From Zygnema circumcarinatum SAG 698-1b (taxonomy: Eukaryota > Plantae > Zygnematophyceae), in contig CM074812.1 of NCBI GenBank assembly GCA_037447605.1, forward strand, positions 2,914,001-2,978,000: a DNA stretch of 64,000 nucleotides, given 5' to 3'. Under the pieces are notes generated by a model. It saw only the letters and a program-made list of their open reading frames with translations. It had not been told where the DNA came from and ran no database searches. Positions 12,184 to 23,584 of this stretch are shown here, piece by piece. The position numbers and the translations under genes are program-made. Positions within the stretch are counted from its first letter, which is position 1, and each line of letters begins with the position of its first letter.

Positions 12184-15100
12184 GTTCTCTTTCTCTCTGT
12201 CCACCCTCCTTTCCCCCTCCTATCCCCCTCTCCCTCCCTCTCCTCCTCCCCCACCACCTCCTCCACCCCCCCTCTCCGTACCTCCCACCTCCCCTCTCGC
12301 TCTCCCCTTCTCTCCATCTGTCCACTCTCACCCCCCCCCCAGTCTCTTTCTGTCTCTCTTGCTCTACCTCACATTCTCTGTCACTAAATATATTTCAATC
12401 CAATTCATGAAATTAGCCTTTTCATACCTTCGGAAGAATTATGCGCCCCAAGCCTCCAGTGTCTGTCTTTGTCAGCGCCTTTTCGAACAGTACTCCCGTC
12501 CTCTGCATAAGGAGTGAAAAAAAGAAATATCTAGATTAAACGATTTTCGGGGAGAGGGGGAGGGAGGGAGAGCGAGGGGAGGCCGCTATCCATGCATGCA
12601 CCCATCTATTCATCCATCCAATCATCCTGATAAATATTCATGCATCCATTCAAGGATGCATTCGCGAATCAACCACCCGTGCATGCACCTTCCATGCACA
12701 CATTCACCGATCCACAAAGCATCTATAGCATCCATGCATGCATGCATGCATACACCTTTCCACCCACTACACATGCATATTCGTCCACCCATCCATCCAT
12801 CCATCCATGCATACAGGCATAGTGATACGGCTTGCTCTCCCTCTCCAAGTTCTCGCGTCCTTACCTTATCCACTCCATCGTCTCCGCCAATGTCGTAAAC
12901 CTCTCCCACCTCCGCCTCTCCTCTCCCTCCCCCCTCCTCCTCTTCCTCCGACCCGGACACTGCAGGACTCTTTCTTGGCGATGTGCGTGATTGGCTGCTT
13001 GGAAACCGAGGAAACGGAAATGCAGAATCACGGAATTCCGGAACAGGGAATTCCTTTATCCCATTACCTGCGTAGTTTTCCGTTGAAAGTAGCAAATCGG
13101 ATGCAAAATTTTCGTCGAAAAGCGGATTAATCTCAGTTTTTTGCCCTTCCGCTCCTTGCAAATTTGAGTGAAGGATAGCTTCTAAACCCGTTTCCAACTC
13201 TTTACTGTTATTTCTATGATTACCGTTACCGTTACTGTAATTATTCGTCTCCTCTATCGGGATCGGCATCTCTTCTAAGGACCCCTTCAACCTGCTCTCA
13301 AAATCATTTACAAGGAGTGCCTCCATGGGCTTCTCAAGCTCTCTACTTTCTCCCCTCCATAACGGCTCCGCGGTTCTATGTCGGCCGACGTGAAATCCGT
13401 TTGGGTTTAACTGAAACCCCTTTCTATGTACATTGGCCTTCATTTCTGAGATTCCATCGTCTCCAAACAGTTGGTGACTGACTTCCATTAGCCTCACCTT
13501 CTCCTGCATTGATCCTGTTCACCTCAATGCAAACTTTGTTACTCAAAAGACTTAATATGATATATTAAGATTATAAAAAAGGTAAGAGAAAGTAGAATAA
13601 TACAACATGATGAAAGGCGAACGGACCTGATATACTTCTTCCCAACGTTCTATGCTGTGAATCGTTACTGAAATTCCGTTCCCCAGCCATAAATCCGTCC
13701 GTAGTAAAAGAAGAAGCTCTCCTTTCAAACTGCTGTCCATTTGGCGGCTCCGTTTCTACGCCGTAGAACGGAGGATAAAACTGTTCAGTGTATGCCGGTC
13801 CCGTTCCCGCTACCCTCTCCTTGCGAGCGGGCCCACCCACATAGAACGCTCCGTTTAACGCCCAACACCCATTTCCATGTCGGTTGTTTGAGAGAGAGGT
13901 CTCTGCATCTTCCGGACTCTTCAGAGCATTAGAAGCGACAAAACTACCTGGGTAGCTTCTCTGGGACCACAGTTCTGTTGCATGGAACCCCTTCACAGTT
14001 CCGTTTCCCTTTCCGCTTCCTCCTCTTCCTCGCAGCATGTTCCCCTCTCTCTCTCTATTCAGTTGAGTGGCCGCCTTTGCGCGGTTCCGTGCCGCTTTCA
14101 GTCGCAGTTTACGGAGTCCGTCGGAGTCGTCCATAGAACCCACCTTATGCAGAACCTCGTCTACCAACTCGGGTGGACCTTTTGCCTTTTTTGTGGGAGA
14201 ATGCCAGAGGGAGGGGGGCTCCATAGTGTGACAGGGAAGAAAAGGGGGTGGGAAAGAGGGTGGGAGAGAGTGTGGGAGAGAGGGTGGGAGAGAGGGAGGG
14301 AGAGAGGGAGGGAAAGTGGAGGTAGCAGACGGAGAGGCGGGAATTAGCAATGGATTATTTGGGTTCTGAGAGACTCCCAAGTTCGCTAAAGAGGCGGCGG
14401 CCTGCTCTCCCTTCCTCTCCCTCTGCCTCTCCCTCTCCCTCTCCTCCATCCAAGTGTCATCTCCTGCGGCTCCGGAATTCAAATCCAGTAACAGAGGAGG
14501 GGGGAAAGTAGGAGAAATCGCTTGTTCCTCCATATCTTCTTTTAAATCAAAACCTTTCTGCAACCTTAAAATTTTCTGAAATTTGTGTGAAATACCTTGT
14601 TGATGTCTTCCATACACACGTTGCTCTTCTTCTGAAATAGGAACTTTTGGAAGTAAAGTAAACGCAGAAGAGTCGGAAAAAGTTACTTGAGATTGACTTA
14701 AGTTCGACCCTCCGTAACTTAATAAAGGGTCTCTATGATTGCTTTGATTCGATAAGCACGGAAATCGCCAAACATCGGAACTTGGCAAATTGGAAACCTC
14801 AGTCAGTGTTGCTCCGTTCGATGGCCACGTGTCACCATAAAACTGAGAACCCATGTAGTTCCCGTTTCCTTGCCCGCTTCGTTCCGTAATCTGTTCCGTA
14901 ATCCGTTCGTATAGTGTTTTCTCTGGTTTTTTCGAATTTTTCCTTTGCTTGTATGAAGCCTTTGAAGATTCCTTGCTCTCTTCATCTCCAGCCTTGACAT
15001 TAGACTTGAATTTAGGGGATGCAGCCTCCTCAAGTGCAGGTTGAGCCCCCCCTCCTCCTCTCACTCCATTCTCCTCCAGCTCCTTTTCCACATTCTTCAA

Positions 15101-17374
15101 ATGTTCTTTCAAATTTGAATCTTCTTTTGCCTTTGCCCCTCCGTGTCTCTCCTTCTCAAAAACATTCCATTCAGAAAATTCGCCCAAATTGGTATCCATC
15201 GCTTCCACAGAAATGGTTTCCTTTATCGAGGTGTTCGAAAAAGTGGGAAATTCTGAAGGTGGTTCTTTCTCCTTGGTAATGTTACTGTAGGAGCTCGAAA
15301 TCGGCCGAACTTGGCTCGAGCCAAAAAGTGGCCTTTTCGAGGGGAAAACTGAAGAGAGCCATGACAGGTGCCTCGATGGTCCCCCAGTTACCAAACTTGA
15401 CTCACATTTAGTCGACTCGTTGCCGCTCGTTTCCATGTCCGATTTTGACTCGGTTGCAACCGTCTCCACAAACGGTTTCGACTGCCCCTCTCGCTCTCTC
15501 TCCCTCTCTCTCTTTCTCCCTCTCCCTCTCTCTCCTCCTCTCTCTCTCTCTCTCCCTCTCTCGAAATCCATTCCTTCGCTCTCCGAGAGAGAAACCCGCC
15601 CGTCAATAGAATTTTCTTTTCCAGGCTGCCCGAGAATTTGTTTTTGCGCCTGCCCGGCGTCCGTGCGAACGATGCTTTCCGCCCGAGATGGCATCTTCGA
15701 TTTTTCAAAATTCTTAATTTTCTCTCCTGATTAAAAAGACAAGAAGAAAATGAAAAGAAAGAAAAGGAAAAAAAATCCGAAGAAAAATGTATTTTCATAG
15801 TATGCTCGATCAGCTCCTCTCATCTCTCCTTCCCTCCTGCTATTTCTCCCTCCCTGCCATCTCACTCCTCCATCCAGACCACTACTCTGGCATCCTCGAT
15901 CATCTCACCCTTCTCCCTCCCTCTCTCCCTTCCTCCCTAACTCCCACAGCCCTCCCTCCCTCCCTCCCCTCCCTCTCCTCCTTCTCTCCCTCCCCTTCTC
16001 CCTTCCTCACTCTTTTCCTCCCCCTCACCACCCCCTGTATCCCCTCCTCCCTCCCTCCCTCCCTCCTTCCCTCCCTCCCTCCCTCCCTTCCTCCTTCCCA
16101 CCCCCTCCCTCCTCTCCCTCTTTCCCTCCCTCCCCCCCAATTTCTTGACCAATGATTGCTCCAAGTGTCAGTACATCCCAAAGCGCATTATTCATTCATG
16201 AAAGCCACATGACCGCCTCCATTCACAAAGCGCGTCTCTGGAATCTCAGAAACACAACAGACTACGATTGAAGATACTTTTTTGTGGGAGAGATTGTTGG
16301 GGGGACACAAGAATTACATTAAGAAAAAGGTGAAAAAGAGGGCGTAAAAAAAGGATTATTCCAAAGAAAGTCAGGTCACCGCAGTTGTCTCTCAACCCAC
16401 ACTCACTCTCTCTTGACACATTTCCCTCCTCCCTCTCTCTATCCCAACCACTATTCCTCCCTTCCTCCTCTCCCTCTATCCCTCCTTCCCTCCCTCTCTC
16501 TATCCCACCCACTCGTCCTCTTCCGCCCCTCCCTCACTTTCCGATCTCTCCATCCCCCATACTTTTTCTCTCCCCCAAATCCCTCAAAAAAAATTCTCAA
16601 CTCACCTCAAATCTCTCCCAATCTCTCCCACTCTCTCATTCCTCTCTCTCCACGCTCTTTCTCTCTCCCTCTCTCCACCTCCCCTCTCTCGCTTCTCCTA
16701 CGGTCCATCTTTCTCTGTTTTCCCCCCTTTCCCCCCGTCTCTCTCGTCCTCTCCTCCCTTTCTCCCTCGTCTGCCTCGTCACCCCCGCTCTCTCTCTCCT
16801 TCTCTTCTTCGCGCTCTCTCTCTCTCTCTCTCTACTTTGCTGACTGCCACTCCCCTTAATATCTCCACCCCCCCTCTCCCTCTACTCTCCTCAAAGATCT
16901 TCAGAGCTCACCTGCACTGGCCGACTCTGGCTCCATCACCACCACCACCTCCGCTTCTCCAGTCTTCTTCTGCATCCTCTTCTCTCTCACCCTCTCTTGC
17001 TCTCTCTCCTCCCTCTCTTCCTTCCGCAATCCTTGCCTCGCCTCCCTCTCCCCCTCTCCTTCTTCTCTCTCAATCTCCCATTTTCTGTTTTTCCCACGCT
17101 CAATTTCCTTTCTTACCTTTCTCCCTCTACCTGTCAATCTCCTTCTTTCTCCCTCCTTCCTCCCTCTCCCCTTCCTCTCCACTCCCCTCCCTCCCTCCCT
17201 CCCTCTCTCCCTCACCCTCCCTGTCTCCCTCCCTCCTCCCTCTCTCCCTCCTCGTCTCCCTGCCTCCCCCCTCCCTACCTCCTCCTCTCTCCTTCCTCCT
17301 TCCTCAACAATCTCCCACAGCCTCAGTCCCACATTTTTATTTTCTCGTCCAATTTCTTTCTCTCTCCTCCACAC
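7990..17374 (-). CDS. LAV-family (ABI3/FUS3/LEC2/VAL-like) B3-domain transcription factor, probably >1400 aa
   Basis: Phase-compatible exons: about 17374-16912 (tentative), 15726-13627, 13514-12865, 12502-12428 (RTGVLFEKALTKTDTGGLGRIILPK), 12019-11922 (RAAEKYLPP...DWLFRLR), 11553-11510 (YWQNKSRMYVLEGA), 11379-11306 (GEFMRTHCLTVGDRICFCKSEEGKL), then a long Pro/Ser-rich exon from 10953 (duplicate from 9059). The joined B3 aligns with ABI3 LGRIVLPK...WPNNKSRMY.LE..GDF. N- and C-termini are unresolved. Confidence 0.88.
8037..11817. repeat. About 1.89-kb tandem duplication across a 10-N gap (8037-9920 vs 9931-about 11817); probable unmerged contig overlap
   Basis: The copies are essentially identical apart from homopolymer lengths and abut the gap at 9921-9930. 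It duplicates the last B3 exons (9657-9614, 9485-9412, from 9059). Confidence 0.85.
12591..12811. promoter_or_regulatory. Intronic RY-element (CATGCA) array
   Basis: 11 plus-strand CATGCA hexamers counted (12591, 12595, 12639, 12682, 12693, 12733, 12737, 12741, 12745, 12772, 12806) in the intron 12864-12503 of the B3 gene. Confidence 0.55.
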
Positions 17375-18714
17375 ACCTCTTTCACTTCCTTTCCCACTAC
17401 TTTGACTGACTAAACTAAACTAAACTGAACTTGAAATCCAGGAGCTTCCTCACAGGTAAAAAAATCCCAAAAAAATCAAAAAAAATATCTGCTTTCGACA
17501 AGTTCAAACCTGCCCTTCATGGCTTCCAACATTTTACCACCCTCCTCCGACTCCTTTCTCAAATCTCCCACTCTCTCCCTCCCCATCTTTCCATCTCTCC
17601 ATTTATCTCTCCCTCTTTGCCTCCCCCTCTCTCCCTCTTTCTATCCCTCACTTTCTCCCTCTCTCCCTCCCCCTCTCTCCCACTCTGTCCTTCCCCCTCT
17701 CTTTCTCTCTCTCCTTCCCTTTCCTCCTCTCTCTCCCTCTCTCTCAAGATGAAATTTCCATAAAACTAATCTAAACATGAGATGTATCGCCTCTCTTATT
17801 GATCAGGGAAATCCTGCTCCTCCTCCTTCAAATCCTTCCAAATCCTTCCAAATAATTCTCCTACTCCCTCCTTCTCCCTCTCTCTGGATAACTGCCAGTA
17901 TTATCTCTCCATAGAACTAATAATGGAGTTATTATGAAGTCTCTTTCTTAACCTATTGACCTTTCAAACTCCGCCAAGCCATGGCTGCCAAGAAAAGAAG
18001 AAGCCCATGCTTTTCAAGGGAGCAGAGATGGAGGGGAGGGAGCTGTCCGTACCACCGTACACGCACCGTACGACCGTATTATCGACTGACTGTACAGTAC
18101 AGTACCTTCTATACGGTAAAATATCCACTTGTACGATTTGTACTTTCCTTTCTTTCCTTTGTTTCGGGTCAGTTTCGGATAAACCTTGTTTTTATTTTGC
18201 TGTTGTGGCTATCTACTTTTTTTTTTTCTTTTGGTTTTATCTTTCTGAATGGCATTGGTCTCTGAAATTTCATTTTATGGCACGTGTCTACCATTGACTG
18301 CCTGAGTCGATTCTTCGGTCAGGTCAAACGTTGTCTGTGGCTAGTCAAAGACCAAAAATGGAAAATGTTTGAAAACCAATCGAGCTATTTTTCCTTATGA
18401 ATATTTCTGTTTGGATCATTGTTTTCCTGACCGACGTGCACGGTCAGGTTGAAAAGATTTCCAGCAAATTTTCCGGCTTTTGTCGGTGGAAAAGCCGCAA
18501 AAGCATTCGGAATATCCTGATTGGAAGAATCAGTACCTTTAATTTAAGAATCAGTACCTATGAATCAGCGATCTTGGTCCACGTGGCGGCCTGGGGTTCA
18601 AAGAAATCAATGCTAATACGACAGGAAACGGCCAAAAAGAATGGCAGAAAAAAAAAGCGAACGGCAAAAAAATGTCAAATCATACCCACTCAAAAAAATG
18701 TTTCCATTTTTGAC

Positions 18715-18935
18715 GGCCTCTGATTGGTCGAAGAACGGACCCTAAACTTTTTTCAAACGGTGTCCTCTAGAGTTTTTTCTGACGGACTCTGATTGGTCCA
18801 AAAACCGACCCTAAAAGTTTTCAAACGGTTGTACTAAAAATTTCTTTATTTTTGAAGGCCGCTGACTAGTGGAAAAACGGACCCTAAAAAGTTTCAAACG
18901 GTACCTTCTAGAACTCTTTTTGGAGGCCTCTGATT
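18715..18935. repeat. About 70-bp tandem repeat (3 units plus a partial) with ATTGG, ACCCTAAA and AACGG motifs
   Basis: Unit ctctgattggt..aa..cggaccctaaa..tttcaaacggt recurs at about 18717, 18787 and 18858, with a partial at 18927. Confidence 0.8.
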
Positions 18936-19075
18936 GGCTCTCTCTTAAAACTGACCAATCACAGATCCCCCCTTCCCAAAAAACCTTCCCAAGAACTCAA
19001 AACATTTTCAAGCCATTTTCCAAAATTTTCTAATTCTTTCCACAATCAATCAAAATCGCCCAAAACCCAAAACAC

Positions 19076-19230
19076 AACATTTTTCTATCTGCCCTTCCGA
19101 AGCCGCGCTGTCAACGGTCAGAAGACCAAAACGTTTTCCGCCTGCCCGTGTAAGCCGCGCTGTCAACGGTTAGAAAAATATAACATTTTCCATCTGCCCT
19201 ACCTAAGCCGCGCTGTCAACGGTCAGAAAA
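19076..19230. repeat. About 53-bp tandem repeat x3 with an invariant 19-bp core AAGCCGCGCTGTCAACGGT
   Basis: Cores at 19100, 19152 and 19205; the spacers are diverged. Confidence 0.85.
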
Positions 19231-19254
19231 AATACCTTCTGGGCCATTTCCCTG

Positions 19255-19635
19255 CCCACGTGGCGGCCTCCCAGCGACAGGCCTGCCGGCCCCTAACGAT
19301 CTGGATGGCTCCTATGACGCACAAACCGACAAATAACTTGACAATCAAAACGACAAATCTCTTCACTGGCTCCCACGTGTCTCCCACCTGAAGCGACTTT
19401 TTGATCCTCGTTTGCTGACGTGGTGGATGGCGTGGCGCTTGACGTGGCACAAAAGGGGGCCCACCGACCACGTGCGCGGCCATCGGACAGTGACAAGCGT
19501 GCATAATGACGTCAAAATTTTTTGTCGTAAGAAAACATATGTACCTCGCGTTTGGACGCTTTCGATACACGTGGCAGGAGGCCTGCGGAGTGGGCCCCAC
19601 GGTTTGACAATTGACTTTCATTCCGCCACGTGTCC
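19255..19635. promoter_or_regulatory. G-box/ABRE-like ACGT cluster between the divergent B3 and AMY3 genes
   Basis: ccacgtggc, ccacgtgtc (x2), gacgtgg, gacgtggc, ccacgtgc and acacgtggc occur within about 380 bp. Confidence 0.45.
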
Positions 19636-20039
19636 AAGAGGAGACTGCAAGACGACAAATATAACTTGTCTTTTTATGTTTCACTTGTTCTATTCCGTAC
19701 AGTAGCTGTACGAAAACCGTTTCCATGTGTGGAACGCAACCTCTTTCTGCCTTTTGGCGTACGTCAGCAGCCCAGACCAGGCACGAGCGGTTCCCAGATT
19801 TCTATTTGAAATGCCTTGGCTTCGGGGACCGCAATTCGCACCCAAAAATAGGGTTTAAGTCATAAAGTCGTCCTCTTTCTATGTTCCCGTTCCACCGTTC
19901 GCAGTTCCCTGTTTGGCGCAACAGCTGTTTAGGCCTGAAACCATACTCTACTGTTCCTCTGTTCGCAGTAGAACGGCCAGTTCAACAGTTTATATGGTAA
20001 ACAGGGTAGACCGCTGACATGCATGCAGAACCGCCGTAC

Positions 20040-20292
20040 CCAAATACTGAGCTTGGTCAATATTAGTACGATACGACACGATATGACATTCTATCGCCAC
20101 CCAATTCGATACGATATTTTTCTTCTGAATGTAGTAGGATACGATACGATATATCATATCAATATCGAAATATACTTTTATATTACGATACGATACGCTA
20201 CTCTAAGATATTTCATTGCAATATCGTTATTACCTACAAAACAATACGTTACGGTACGATATATCTACCTATCGATATTTTAGGCCCGTCCG
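20040..20292. repeat. (GATAC)n-rich AT-rich segment, possible degenerate non-autonomous DNA transposon
   Basis: Dispersed cgatacgata units, ending in ...tacagccc; no clear TIR pair or TSD. Confidence 0.35.
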
Positions 20293-20674
20293 TACAGCCC
20301 CTTCCGTACAATTGACCTTTTCAGAAAGCGAAATAAGAACAGAATTTGTCACGGCGCCTCAGAAATATCGAACGGTCAGAATTGCTCCAGAATGACACGT
20401 GACGCGCGGTCCGCAAATCCGCGCTCACCGACACGTCCTTTTCGACGCTGATTTCAACATCGGACCTTTCCAGAAGGAACTGGCAAGAAGTACTGGAATT
20501 GCACCTTGTCAATTCCGTAGTTTCCGGTATTTTTCTGTCATTTTTCCGGTTTTCTTTCGTTTTCCGTAAGAAACCAGAAATCACCAAGTTGCAAACCTGG
20601 GACTGAACCTTTGAATGGCCCTTAGGCCCTTCCAACATTTGCGAACAAAAAAAGAAAATTTGACCACTAAAGTC

Positions 20675-20935
20675 GACCGACGTGGCAGAATGCAATTCGA
20701 TGCCTGAAGCTATACAGAAATTTGAGATGCAAGGCCTAAACCTCCCCGAAACCAGTGCCCAGTTTTTAGGTTATGGTTTCTGGTTTTTGGTCTTTGGTTT
20801 CTGATTTTTGGTCGCAAACTCAATGTCCGACGTGGCAGGGCAGAATTTTAGGCCCACCACGTGGCAGCAGGTGGACGTCCACCTGTCTCAACGGAGCCAA
20901 TGGGCGCACGCCACCTAGGACGACGGCACGTGTGA
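20675..20935 (+). promoter_or_regulatory. Candidate AMY3 promoter with CCGACGTGGC (DRE core + ABRE) x2 and G-boxes
   Basis: ccgacgtggc at about 20677 and 20826, ccacgtggc at about 20857, gcacgtg at about 20925 and ccaat at about 20897, directly upstream of a CT-rich leader. Confidence 0.4.
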
Positions 20936-21629
20936 GCAGCAGCTCCCGCCTCTGATGTCCACAGCCCAGAACGCGGTCTGTCGCTCTCTGTGTCCCTCTC
21001 TCGCGCGCGCTCTACCCCCCCGTTCTCTCTCACTCTCTCTCGTGCGCTCTCTCTCTCTCGCACACTCTCTTCTCGCTCTCTCTCTCGGTTCTCTCCCTCT
21101 CTCTCCCTCTCTCTCGGTTCTCTCCCTCTTCACACTCTCAATTCTATCTTGCCACTTACCCCTCTCCCTCTCTCTACGTCTACTTCCAGATCTGTCCTGA
21201 CCCAGCTAACCCTTCCGATCTATAGTAGAATTTCACCCTCTCCCGCTCCCTCCCTCAAACTCCCTCCCTCTCTCTCTCTCTCGATCTACAAATCGTCCCA
21301 TTCCTATCCCGCTCCTCTCCACCCTCCAGCACTCTCTCACCCGTCTCTCTCTCTCTCTCTCTCCCCTTTTCCAGCTGTCACTCTCTCTCTATCCCTCTCT
21401 TTCCAGCGCTCTCTCTCTCCCACTCGCCCATTGCCTCTACCTCTCGTTCTACCCCCCTCATTTATCTTCACCTTTCCTTCTCCCTACCTCCCTCCTCATC
21501 CCCTCATTCCCTCCCCCTTCACACCCCTCAATTGCTCCGTCTACCCATCTCCCGCTGCCCCTTCCAACTCCCTCTCCCTCTACCTCCCTCCGCTGGCTGC
21601 TCCTCTCTCCCCCCCCTCCCCTCTAAGTC

Positions 21630-23549
21630 ATGACTGTCGCTCCCCTCGCCTCTCCCCCCTTCCTCCCTACTACTGAAGCCCTCAAATTCCCCAAATCCCA
21701 TAGTCCCTCTCCTCACTCTCTCTCTCCCTCTCCATCCTCCCTCTCTTCCCTCTCCTCCTCCTTCTTTTCCTCCCCCTCCCCCCCCTCCTCCCTCTCCTCC
21801 CTCTCCTCCCTCTCCTCCCTTTCCTCCCCCTCCTCCCTCTCCTCCCCCCCCTCCCCTCCCCCCCCTTCCTCCCTCTCCTCTTCCTCCGCGCATGCAAACT
21901 ATAGACCCCTCTTCTGCCGCCTTCCTGGAAGTTTCCGGCGCTTCAGAGGTCCCAAACGAATGCAAGAGCTCCAGTCTCTTCACGAGAGAGAGAGCGTTTG
22001 GAAAAGCGAAAAAAAAAAAAATTATCTGCCGAAAAGTATGGCCATGGAGGGAGGGGTCTTGACGAGAGGGAGAGGTCTGGGAGAGGGAGGGAGAGAGAGC
22101 GAGCGGGAGTTTAAGGTGGAGAGCAGAATGCAGGTAAGCTGGAAGGATATGAGGGTTCCAGGGGACTTCATTTCCATGCGCAGCTGTTGAGAAATCCGTT
22201 AAGAGTTTTCAATAATCGATCAGTTCAATTAACCTTCTCCATTTTGCAGTGCACTCTCTCCCCCATTACTAAGTCCCTCTCACTCTCACCTCTCCCGTTT
22301 TAGGGCGTTTAGGGAGAGAGAGGGATTGAGAGAGAGAGCGAGAGAGGGGGAGAGAGAGGGAGAGAGAGAGCGTGGGAGGGGAGAGGGGGATGGAGAGAGT
22401 GGGGTGAGAGGGGGAGAGGGAGGGAGAGAGGGATTGAGAGAGGGCGCGAGAGAGGGGGAGAGATTGGGGGGGGAGAGGGGGATGGAGAGAGTGGGGTGAG
22501 AGGGGGAGAGGGAGGGAGAGTGGGAAAGAGGGAAATGGAGAGAGAGACAAGGGAAGAGGGAGTGGGAGAGGGAGAGGGAGGGAGGGAGGCGGGAGAGAAT
22601 GGGGAGAGAGAGAAAATGAAATAACTTAGAAAGGAAAAACAAAGAAAAAATTATCAGATATCAGTATGGTTGGGAAAATTGAAAAGCGTGATGGTCTCAT
22701 TGCACTTACAATTATTAACGAGAGAGAGAGGGGGGGAGGGGGTTTCTCCCTCCCCGTTTTCCCCCTCTCTCTCCCTTGTAATAAAAAAAATATTTTAATT
22801 AATAATGTCAATTTTCAAGAAGAATTGAAATTATTCCTCTTCTATATGTTCTCATTTTCGGCCACTCCGCCTGCACCCTCCCTTCCCTCCCCCTCCTCCT
22901 TCGCCCTCTCTTTTCCTGAACTGCAGGTGCAGGCCCCCCTTACTGTGACTGTTTGGAATTTTCCGAACAAATTTAAAGTGGAAATAAAGCAGGCTCTCTT
23001 TTCTCGCCTTCTCCTCCACTGGGGGGTCCTCCCACAAGGGCCCTCTCACAGGTGTTCCATGCACTCAGTTCCAGTTTCGGTTCTGTTATTTCCAGTTTTT
23101 GAGTTTCCAGCTTTCAGTTTTACGTCTATCTTCCAGAAATCAAGTTTCAGTATTTGGGTTTTGGTTCGCAATACTCGAATTTAGTTTCTTGTTTTTTGTT
23201 TCGGATTTTAGGGGAAAGGGGAGGGGGAGAGGAGAGAGGGGAGAGGGGAAGGTGGGGAGGAAGAAGGAGAGTGGGAGAGAGAGAGGAGGTGAGCGAGGGA
23301 GAGGGAGAGGTATAAGGGACGGGAGAGGCAGGGGGGAAGGGGAGAGGTATGAAAGTGTGGATGTAAGGTAAAAGGAGAGGACAGCGAGAGGGGGAAGTTT
23401 TATTGAACTAAATTTGTTTTACGGATTTCTCAACTGCAGCGCATGGGAAGCCCCCCCGTCCGGAATGTGGCCGCCCGGAACGATTCTTTCGAAGGTAAAG
23501 TATGAAACTTACTTACCTCAATAATGTAGATTCCTTATAAGCCTCTTAG

Positions 23550-23584
<35 letters not shown>

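Noticed and set aside
19076-19230. CRISPR-like array
   Set aside because: Only three units with mutually related spacers, a eukaryotic context and no cas genes.
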